Of a stretch of 64,000 nucleotides of DNA, positions 1 to 11,396 are shown in pieces (the first letter of the stretch is position 1; the number at the start of each line of letters is the position of its first letter). This DNA comes from Somniosus microcephalus (lineage: Eukaryota). The notes under the pieces are model-generated. The model worked only from the letters and a program-made list of their open reading frames with translations, ran no database searches and had not been told where the DNA came from. The translations under genes were made by a program, and so were the position numbers. The stretch lies in contig CM126202.1 in the NCBI GenBank assembly GCA_052327205.1, positions 192,076,001 through 192,140,000 on the forward strand. The letters run 5' to 3'.

Positions 1-2089
1 CAGAAAGAAAAATGAAGACGGAATGAGAGAACAAATAGTGAGGACATAGATATCTCTGTTAGTTGTCAATGCAGGTCCATGGGCCGAGAATGCTAATGAG
101 GCTTCGCAGTGAAGACTGGAGCTGTGTGTGTGCACAGGGATCGATAGCTGACCCAATGGTTTGGGCAATGCTTTATCTGGGCGAGCAATGATATTATCAG
201 CCTTGAATGTTATATACAGCAAACGTCTTCCTAAATCAACACAAACGGTTCGCTTACAGAAGCCATCCCACTACCCACTTTGGAAAACGCCCTTCACGAT
301 TGGGATATTTTATATCCCGTAGCTTTCATTTGATCCATTGCCTCAGCTTGATCTAGGACTCTGTGGACAGGAAGATATATACACAATTATACAGCCATCA
401 TCTTGCCTGCTAACAGACTTGTCCCTGATAGGCTGGTTGTGTTTGGTCTACTGAGAGAAAGAAACCCACATAGTCTTGTTTTATTTTGCCGTACAATATT
501 TTTATTTAAATCAATTTGTCAACAATGTAAACGATGGTTATATAAATTCATTTTTATTAATAATACATCAGGAAATACATATCATTGCTGAGCATTATTA
601 GAAATCCTTTCATGTTGCTTGACAATGACATTGCAACCTCACATACATCTTAACAAGGCTCCCCCCCCCCCTCCAGCCCACACTTTTGCCTACAGTGTTA
701 ATGCGGCTGGTCCATATTTCTTAAGACATTTTAATAACCCCTGAACTGTTTATATGATGCCAAGCCACTGATGTTGCATATTTTATAGAAGGCATCATGG
801 AATGGACAATGATTCATAACATAGATACAGAAGATCTCAAGCTAACACAATGTTTCGATTCATTAAATATCCAGAAGATGACAGGCTGCTTTTTATGTTT
901 GTCTGAGAACCAGCGGCAAGTAAACTTTTTTTTTGTCTGAAAGTCAGTGGCCTTCTTTCCTAAGTGCAAAATAAATGGCGAATGTGCCTCTCTTCAATCA
1001 GAGAATAAGCCAGGGAGGGTGCAATGGAGTCCCCAATAGCTGACATGATAAGACTCTGGGCTGTGCACTTGTACAGATAGTGAAATGTGCGATGTGAACT
1101 TTTTTTAGGCTGATATTTTTATGGGGTGGGTGGACGCTGGAACTCGGATTCTTCGGTGCAGGGTTTGAAACGTATTCCCTGACAAGTGGGGATAATAAAT
1201 GAGAGTCGCTTTCAGATAGATATCTCAGACGTGAAATTGCGCCCAGCTGGTTGTGTAAGCAAACAAATAGTTTCATGTAAGACTCTCGACTTGTAGGTTG
1301 ATGAATAGAACACGACATCGGTAAATGGGTCTTTAACTCATTTAGGAATAAAACTCTTGGCTCTCTAAGTGAAAGACACGGAGACGCCATGTACCCAGGG
1401 CAATCGCTATTTAAAAAAAAGAGTTTTATTAGTTTCCACTCCTTCACCCACATTTTTGCCATTAAATCCAAACGTCAGTCAATTACAATGGTCACCAGCC
1501 CAGCAGTGAAACATCTGAACAGGCCCTAACTTTGGTGCACATATGGAGATTAATAGATTTGTTTTGTGAAAATACTTGAGGTTTGGAAATGCGAGAAGTT
1601 AAATGGGAATGTATTAGAAGGTAAACATACTTTTCCTATTTGACAAATGACATCTGCTTGTAAAATAAAACCACCTTTTTAGACAAACACGATGGGGGGG
1701 GGGTCGTTCAATTTAAGTAGTGTTTTTAAAACAAACTACTTTTCAGGATTAATCTCAAGACCCCGCTTTTTCCAAAACCATATTGAATACAACATCAACG
1801 GATTCGCTCTGCAGCTTAAAATCAGGCCGATCAAATATCTTTTTAATTTGTTATTTTTTTAAAACGTGCTCAAACGGTGCAAAAGAAGTGGCCGAGTTAA
1901 GCGGTGAAGGTGGACAGGTGGAATGAAAATAAATTCACTTCACTCAACTGGAACTGTAATAAACACAGTTATTTAAAAGAAATGTTTCAAACGACGGGCA
2001 GACAGTGCTTAGCCTTTGCATAGTTAGATCCCTAAGGGAGTCCCTTTTTGATTTTTTAAACAAACAGCAGCTTCAAATCCATCTAAAAA

Positions 2090-2580
2090 AAAGACAGGAC
2101 AACCCGTTTGAAAAACTGAAGCCAGGCAAAAAAGGGACAGGATAGGACAGGTAGTGCGTTCGAAAGTAAACATTCGGACAAAAGAGATAAAATCGTACAG
2201 TTAAGGGACAACTAAACAAAAAAAGGAACTGAGTAAGTGTCTGAGGATAATTCGGGTTTTAAAGGAGTGGAGAGACCAAAAGAGAGAATTCAGGCAAAGC
2301 AGGGAAAGAGACGAGCTAGCGATGCTTAAGGGGAGAATCAGGCAAAAGAAGGCAAAGAGACAGGGCTGTGTGCTCAATGACAATTCGGAGAAACCAATAA
2401 AGGAAAGATTGTGTTTGAGAAAGTAGAATCCAGACCCCAGTGTTAAAGAACATTCAAACAGAAACAGGGCGAAAGACCAGACGGCGGGTTTAAAAGAGAA
2501 TTCGGGCAAAAAGAGATTGAAGGATAATGTTTGTGATAATTCAGGGCAAATACTGAAAAGGGAAAACAGATGGAATTCTG
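2090..2580 (+). repeat. Decayed purine-rich minisatellite-like array
   Basis: Recurrent GA(G/T/C)AATTC(A/G)GGCAAA-like core at ~2168, 2246, 2284, 2333, 2379, 2424, 2448, 2496, 2535. Confidence 0.55.
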
Positions 2581-5500
2581 CATCCAACAGCTCTCAAATT
2601 TGTCTTTGCTCTTTTAAAAATTAGAAGTGTAACGCGTCATGAAAGAATAAAACATCTTTGCAAACTGCACATGATTTATTACACGAACAATATACAGCTG
2701 GTTGCATGTTTTATTAAAAGTACACTAACATCATAGTTAAACACATACACTTTTCCTGCGTTTAATTGTTCATACTCATTTTCAGATTAATTTATGCATT
2801 GACAGCAATATAAGCCCCCCTCCAACCGCCCCACCCCCTTCCCACCAAAAGGCCAGCTTTTCAGCTTCTGTTGCTGAAATGTAAAGCTCTGGCAACCCCT
2901 ACTTTTCCAAAACTCCCTTCTTGCGCATTCTGGACCTTTGGGTCATTTTAATTTGAGAAACCTCGAAATATTCTGACATTAAACAACCGTCTTTTTCTTA
3001 ATTGCAGGTCTAGTTTTATTCAGAGTTTGTTCCTGGGGCGTAACACCATTCCACCCTCTCATATTAACCATGCTGTAAAGTCAATGGGTAAAATTCACAT
3101 CGTCATAGCATATTACATCCTTTTTCAGTAAAATAATTTGAAAATCCTATTTTTTAACTACAGAAGAATTTATTGGGGAAGAAAACAAATAATATGACTA
3201 CAATAGAAATAAAATCATTTGCAGAGGAATTTATTTGAAATAGAGAAGGAACAGAAAGCAGCATTTAAATGTGTAAACAGTAGTGTGTGGAAAAGTGATT
3301 TATTACACTAAAATTTCACCATTTTGATATAAAACTCAATGTGGTACACAGAGTACAAAAATTAAATAATACAAATATAAATAACTAGAGGACAACCTCT
3401 AGGATACGAAAGTATAATCCACGCACTACTCAGATCATTAATACTTGACCACACACTGCAAAGTTTCCAGATTTGTTTAATGAATTATGATGATAGAAGC
3501 TATAGATTATGTCTCCAAGAGTCTTTGACTTTGCTGTTTCACAAGGGCTGGAGCTGGACAGGAGAAAACGTTTTCTTAAATGTATGTAAAAGCCTTTAAA
3601 GGCCGCCATATTTGTTTGCTACCATCTGCGTTAAATGAGCCTGGTTTCACATATTATTAAAGTACTGGACTGGGCCGCAATTTCGCCAAGAAGAAAAGGG
3701 CAACCTTTAATAATAAATATGCTCGTCATCTCCAATACAATCAGTGTTTTACTTCGACTGAAACACAATACATTGAGCCAACTGCAACACAAAAGTGTCA
3801 ATTTCAGGCATCTAAAGTTGAAATCAACATTCAGTTTCATGTTAAACATTAATATTCTGTAACAGTGATCTGCACTTTAGTTTTTGAAAGGACTGATAAT
3901 CTTTGAATATTCCAATTAATTTTATTCCTTGGCAAACCTTCCGAGATAGCTGCTCAGTTGTACTTCTTAAAAAGGAAATGTAAATTAAAAATAATAACAA
4001 AAAAAGATAATTATCAGTAGGGAGTCTAGAACGGACTGGGTTAAGATAGCGTCATCCTCACAAAATGTCTGCGCAGGTTAAAAGCAGGTGGCAGTAAAAA
4101 AAAAGACTCCATCAGTTATTAAACAATCTGTACTCAATGTACAAATATGTCTTTAGCAAAAAGAAAGTGGCGTGCAGTATTTACATAGTGTCAGAGCTGC
4201 GTGTTTAATATCATCACAGACAACATCAAGGCTATTATAATCTATATAGAATGGAATCGCGCGGTATTATAGAGAAGTGAGTCGCCACATATCATGCTGG
4301 AATCAGGTCTTAGGTCTCACGAACGGAGCCATGAAATAGAATAGATTTGTTTATATAAGTGAATTCAAACAAGTAATCAGAAACAGTGCTTCAAAATAGA
4401 AAAAAATGTATTTTGGAACACAACTACTATCCCCCACAGTTCCTGACATGTTATGAAATACCACAGGACGCCCCTGTCATACTCTGTGCTAACAAGTTTA
4501 AACAGTATTTTAATTGGATTTAACGGTGAAACGATGAAAAATCATTATCTATTAGGGCTTTGATGTCGATGGGCGGCCGTAAAAGGGTAATGTAAAAGTC
4601 GGGGTTGAAGGAAAGAAGGGCCTAGGGGCAACGCTCATAGCGACAACAGACAATAAGTTGTAGTCAAAACCACTGAAACAGCGCTGATCAGAATTAAAAA
4701 AATACCCTGAAATATCCATAATATTAAGTGCAACCAGGGTGTGCACAGCAATGTCTCAGTTCTTTTTTTCTGGTTCTTCATCTTACTTGTGTGTGTAGGC
4801 ATGTGTGTGTATTGTCACTGCATACTGCTGTTGTGGGTGCATATATACATGTGTATTAGAACATACATAGACAATCTATTTACACGTTAATTATTCCATC
4901 TAAAAGTGTCTATAGCCATCGCCCTGTGTATCCTGCAGCTTTGCGACTAGAATGTTAAAAACCCCAAGCGGCCAGATAGCAGGATCTCGTTAAATGCAAA
5001 GAGAAAGCTTGAGAGCATAGAGCGGAAAATGAAAAAAAACATACACACTATATAATATATATATATATATAAAAAACAGACACATCTCCCTCACACACAC
5101 ATACATATACACACGCACAATATACATTCACTCCCACCAACACACACACATATACTTCCAGCCACTCTCTCGGATTCACAATGTGCCTCGTGCTGCTTTA
5201 CTCTGGGCTGGCTGTTAGATTTAATTTCGATGCAGAGTTGTTAAAGAAAGCTCTCCCATGACAGTGTGTGCTAGAGCTTTGACCCGGATTATAAAACATT
5301 AATGAAAGCAGCAACTGAAATCTACAACAACCTTCTCTAGGCAAGGCACAGCAGTCTTTACATCTCCACTGTCTGAAAGCGGTGGGCTCTTTCACATCTT
5401 CTTCCGAATTTTTTTATCCGGATATAACCAGCACATCACTTTAATGGTATTATTTAGAACATGATGAGGAATTTATACATATATATGATTATTAAGGCCC

Positions 5501-6301
5501 CGCCGATTAATTTCCATATATCTGTGGGATGGGAGTCCCCTAAAATCTATATTGTCGATCACCGAGCAGAGAACGACACCACCAGTGAACAGATAACACA
5601 GACACAGCTGCGATAGATCTCTTTTATATCACTTTTGTAACTGTTCCAACATAACAACCATTTTTTACAAGAATATTTCATCATACCCACAGAACAACGC
5701 CACAGTACAGCGTGTTTGCAAGAGTACAACGCTTGTACTTGATCTAGACGTTGTGTTCCGTTTTTTAAAAAGTCTACAGGTAAACAGGCTTGGCAGTAGT
5801 GATAAGAAAGTTTTGTTACATGGTTAAAAACTGGGGAGTGGAGGTGAGTTTTGGGGGCTGGGGGAACAAACAGAAAATAAAACTATTTTGTTTCCACGTG
5901 GAAAGTCAGAGACAATGAGGGGGTGGGGGGGGGGGGGCAACTGGTTATAGTAACAAAACAAAACTGTAATCAAGGTCAGTCCTGAACACAAATCAAGAAC
6001 TTCAATCAACCTAATTCCAGAGTTCATGGAGACTTTTTTTAAATCAAAGAAAAAGGTGTCTTGGACACTCAGACCAAAACTCTTAATTCTACAAAGGCAA
6101 TGGGAATTGACACAGAATACAAGTGTTCTTTAGAGGGCCCACTGTGTGATAGTTCTAAAAACACGTTTTCTCTATTAACATTTAGCAGTGCTCTCTTACA
6201 ATCTGATCACTTTTTAAAACGTCAGTTTCGCCAATACTGCAGGCTAGTTGGTCCGCTTAAAGCGACAAAAAGTTTCTTTTTTAAATGTTGTGCTAAATTC
6301 T

Positions 6302-6311
6302 TTTATTTATT
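6302..6311 (-). terminator. Candidate polyadenylation signal of NR2F1 (overlapping AATAAA x2)
   Basis: Minus strand AATAAATAAA about 520 nt after the stop; a further AATAAA at 6723-6718. Confidence 0.5.
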
Positions 6312-6833
6312 TGTTTAATTCTGGTTTCAATTTTAATTCTTGGAGAACATAGCTTTGACGACATAAATCGCACTCATTATAAGAAGCAAAAGGTTATATC
6401 AAAAAATTATTAGTATAGAATCACAGGAAACCTGGTTTGGAACCAGAAAAAAAATACAAAACAGATATAGATACATAGACACAGGACATTTTTATAATTA
6501 TTTGGAAAATGTTATTTTCCCCCTAATTTCTGATTCTGTTTTTTTAAATGCGCATACGATGTTTTTTTTAATTTTACAAAAAAAGGAAAATAAAGAGTAA
6601 TATTTTACAAAATGATAAGCGATGCTTGTGGTAATTGTGGTTCTACATATGATGCAGTTCAGTTTCTTTTCACAGAATAAATCCCACAGTCAACAGCTTG
6701 GCCTCTTGGAAGGTCCTTTTATTTTCACAGATATCATCCTATAGGAACTTTCAAGTCCTTGAATAGAGAGGGAGGCTCGCCTAAAATGCTTGTGTTTTTT
6801 TTGTTTTGTTTGGGGAGGGGTGTCCTTCTCTCA

Positions 6834-7166
<333 letters not shown>

Positions 7167-7208
7167 TTAATCCTCGCTTATTGTTTTGATACCAATCCAC
7201 ACACACTC

Positions 7209-7210
7209 TT

Positions 7211-7245
<35 letters not shown>

Positions 7246-7270
7246 TACACATATACACACTCACACACTC
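7209..7270. repeat. Compound (TC)n(CA)n microsatellite in intron 2
   Basis: Directly visible dinucleotide runs. Confidence 0.9.
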
Positions 7271-8341
7271 CTCTGCATGCTGGAGGCGGACAAGCTATCT
7301 GATAACACGTCTCTGCTTTTTTGTTGTTGCAAATATTACGGCTAATGCAGTCTCCGATGACAAAAAATATCTAGCATAAGCTTTGAATTATAGGCAACAA
7401 AGACAGTCTTAAATAATAAGTACAAATGTACGCCATTTCCCGCAGGGAACCGAGCCAGAGACAGCAGTGTCTGGGAACATTGTGTGATAGATACTGGTAC
7501 GTGTTATTGTTCCTATTCCTTTGCAGCATGCATTACACATACTTCCTATGCATTCCACGGCAACACAGCCTTTTCCTCAACTCTATCTGATATACGGTGT
7601 AATCGTGTACCGAATTAAGACAAAAAGCAGCAGTGATAAACAAGAAGACGTGTAGCCCATGCATACACCATTCACAAAAAGCAGGGCTATTATAATATAC
7701 TGCGAAATCTCTCCTTTGTACTAACAGTTTGGTAATATAACTATGTAAACATAGTGGTTATATTGTCTACAACATTTTCCAATTAATGTAGAAATACATT
7801 CTAATGAAGACAATATTAATCCAGTTACTGGAGGGCTGGGGCTTTGCTCGAATTTTCTGCAAAATAACATTTACTGAATGAAAAAAAAATCCAACGTTAT
7901 ACGTGCATGCACATTTGCTGCACACTACCGAGTTTGAACATTTTGTGGAACAGAAAGGGCCAGATTGTTGCGCTTTCTTTCAGGAAACGCGTTTCGACGA
8001 TTTGTGAACGCTTTAATTTATTTGCTTGGAAGCCATATTTTAGCGTATGAATTAATAAAGTAAAATAGGAAGTTTAGGTCACGACCCAACACTTGGAAAG
8101 CATCCAGAATAAGAGGTTGAAAATACTATCCGGAAACCTAAGGTAAAACCACAACAAACCCCCTGTAAGCTTCAGTAACTTCAAACGGCCCTCACAAACA
8201 GGCCAGCGAGAAAGAAAATGGCAAAAAAACACCCTCTCGATCGTCCAAACGCTTTTCGCTTTGAAAAACTTGGACAGCTTTGAGAAAGGCTTCCCATGAA
8301 TTCCCCTCTGGCTAACAAAACAAGTTTGGTCAAAATTGGAC

Positions 8342-8359
8342 GGGGGGGGGGGGGGGGGG
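8342..8359. repeat. G18 homopolymer in intron 2
   Basis: Directly visible. Confidence 0.9.
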
Positions 8360-8732
8360 TGCGGATGTGAAATGTTTGAAGAGATATATAATTTCTATCT
8401 TTCTGTAATAATCACATTACCAATAGTTTACGTCTTTTTGTGTCTCTCTCTTACTTTGTTCTATTTACCAACAGTTCCCTCGATGAAGGAATAATTTATC
8501 AAGATTTGGGGGCTGTTGAAAAGATGATTAATTTGTAATATTTACTGATCAATTTCCAATTGATTTACATCAGATTATGTTATTTAATAAAACCCTCCTG
8601 GTTAAAATAAATCATGGTTATAACACTTGACTAATACCATCCCATACATAAATAAGTATCATCCACCCAAATCATTCATATCAGCTTTTTCCTGTACTGT
8701 TACTGCACCGAGTGAGCAACGTTATTGATTTA

Positions 8733-9407
<675 letters not shown>

Positions 9408-10045
9408 TTATTTTTATTACTGTTTTAGATTTTTTTTAAGTTCACAAACAGTGCAATTTCTCCATGTAAAATTACAATATGCGACATTATAGAAATTAGG
9501 CATATAAAAAGTGTAAATACTAAACATAGTTTTACCCGTCAGAGCACTCCACATTATGTCTGTTAAAAAATCTCAAACACATAACATTGCAGCAAGAATT
9601 GCTGGATTGCAAAAACTCCCCCAAACTGCAACACCCACCCACGGTTACAATTGGAAAATTCTCCAAACATCTAATGCATGAATGCAAACGATTAACTTAC
9701 AATTACAGGGGGGAAAAGACCGATGTATTAACCATTTGAATCCACAAAAAATATGCAGCCATGCTTGTAATTGTTAAACTCTCTCAACTTTGAAGCTGCG
9801 AGTTCGGCTTTTTTTTTTAGCTTAAGCGAATTTAAAAATAAATATATTTTAAGAATATGGCAACTAAAGTGTTTCTTTTAAAAAAAAACAAGCAATCATA
9901 TTTTACAATTAACAGCTTAGCCTCGTCAACTTTAGAATGACTTTCCAACCAAAGCATTTGGTCAGGTTGAACCAAAATCGCGCAGTGAGAGATTTGAAAC
10001 AGAGGTCTCACATTTACAGTGATGCGTAATAAAATAAATATTCAC

Positions 10046-10496
10046 CTTCCCGCCTCATCCCAACTTTGAGGCATTTCTTCAGGCGACAGTACTGACACTG
10101 ATTGCGGTGGTGCTGGTCTATAGGACAATTCCGGTTGGCACGACATGTGTACGTTAAGTTTCTCCGAACACTTCTCTTAAAGAAACTTTTGCAGCCCTCG
10201 CATGTGAACTGGCCGTAGTGTTTGCCGCTGGATTTATCCCCACACACCACACACTCGATATGCTGCTGCTGCTGCTGCTGGCTGGGTTGCTGCTTCTCGC
10301 CGCCTAGCTGGACGCTCTGACTGCTGCCTCCGAGCGGGGTAGAGGGCGGCCCGGGCTGGCCCGGGGTCTGCGGGGTGTGGGGAGCACCCGGCGCCGCCTG
10401 CTGCTGCTGGCCCGGCTGCGCTTGTGCAGACTGGCCGCCCTGAACTCCGGCCACGTCGTCCTGAGGATCTCGCCAAGTACTAACTACCATTGCCAT
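10046..10496 (-). CDS. NR2F1: NR2F1 (COUP-TFI) coding exon 1: A/B region and C4 zinc-finger DNA-binding domain
   Basis: ATG at 10496 (gatATGG) gives [17 protein letters not shown]...[40 protein letters not shown]...KVGMRRE; donor GAAG|GTGAAT at 10046/10045; 451 nt, phase 1. Confidence 0.96.
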
Positions 10497-10764
10497 ATCT
10501 CGGGCCCAAAAAGTGCGGGAAAACAAGTTGATCGCACGGATTTTTTTTGTCCTGTTGGTAGGGAGCAGAGTTGGATGGTGGTAACAGAAAATGAAAAAAG
10601 GAAAGAGAGAGAAAAAGGAATAAAACTGCGATCAAAGCAACGCACACAGACACAGAGAAGAGAGACACACACAGGGAGCAGTGAATGAATGAGTGAGTAT
10701 TGGTCAACAGTAACCGAAACAAATGGGGAATCAAAAAAAATAGAATAAAAAAAGAAGATCCCGA

Positions 10765-10818
10765 TCAGGGTACGCAAGTGTCGGGAGGCCAGATCCAGGG
10801 CAACACGCAGTCAGCCAT
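10765..10818 (-). other. uORF in the NR2F1 5' leader (17 aa, MADCVLPWIWPPDTCVP)
   Basis: ATG at 10818 (tgaATGG), TGA at 10767-10765; lies downstream of the predicted TSS. Confidence 0.45.
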
Positions 10819-11050
10819 TCAGGAAACCAATATAGGAGGGAACGAGGGGTTAAAGATTATAGGAGTTGGGGGGAAAGAAAAGAGACGATCGCAATCCGAA
10901 GGAACACACACACACAGGAAAAAAAACCACGCGATCCGAAGTAAAGTATGGCGAGTGTTAAATCCCTTCTTCTCCGGAGAGGAACAGAAAATAGAAGATC
11001 TGAATTGTCAGAAAAAAAACTCACCAGGACAAAAAAAAGGACGGTCGACG

Positions 11051-11119
11051 TTAAAGCGCCCTATTTTCACCTCTCATGCGGAGTGGAGAGAGAAAGAGAG
11101 GAAAGAAAAAACAACTCAT
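11051..11119 (-). other. uORF in the NR2F1 5' leader (22 aa, MSCFFFPLFLSPLRMRGENRAL)
   Basis: In-frame ATGs at 11119 and 11077, TAA at 11053-11051. Confidence 0.4.
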
Positions 11120-11217
11120 AGAATATGCAAGGGGGAGACAAAATGAATGCGTTTAAACGGGAAGACTAGCGGAGCAATTTTTCCGAAAGGGGGATCTGCG
11201 CGAATGTCTGTATATAG

Positions 11218-11277
11218 TGAACTTTGACACTACTATTGAAACTGACACGTTTCTATGGAGATCGCTGCCTTATATGG
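11218..11277 (-). promoter_or_regulatory. NR2F1: NR2F1 core promoter: CArG/TATA, Inr (predicted TSS 11243) and DR1
   Basis: Minus strand CCATATAAGG (11277-11268) with TATAAG starting 31 nt upstream of the A of Inr TCAGTT (11243); GTGTCA-A-AGTTCA DR1 at 11230-11218. Confidence 0.8.
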
Positions 11278-11321
11278 AGCTCATGTCAAGGAGCCAAGAG
11301 AGGGGCTGTTGGCAACTGATA

Positions 11322-11396
11322 ATCAAAGGCGACTGGTCATAGCCCTGAATTGGGGCTGGGGAGGCTAAGGTTAGCCAGCCTCCTGCACACTATTGG
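11322..11396. promoter_or_regulatory. Proximal promoter motifs: TCF/LEF-type ATCAAAG and CCAAT box
   Basis: ATCAAAG at 11322-11328; ATTGG (CCAAT on minus) at 11392-11396; short motifs, position-supported only. Confidence 0.4.

Noticed and set aside
998-1471. 157-aa minus-strand ORF and other 60-150 aa intergenic ORFs
   Set aside because: No recognisable domain, splice context or coding-like composition; expected by chance
2090-2580. Repeat-spacer appearance suggesting a CRISPR-like array
   Set aside because: Cores are short and highly degenerate, spacing is irregular, no cas genes, vertebrate context
9640-9670. Possible alternative first coding exon in intron 1 (MFGEFSN..., phase-compatible donors)
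   Set aside because: Donor sites are weak and there is no promoter evidence; cannot be distinguished from chance
10497-10526. In-frame TTG-initiated N-terminal extension ([10 protein letters not shown])
   Set aside because: Near-cognate start with no support; the MAMVV ATG is in strong Kozak context
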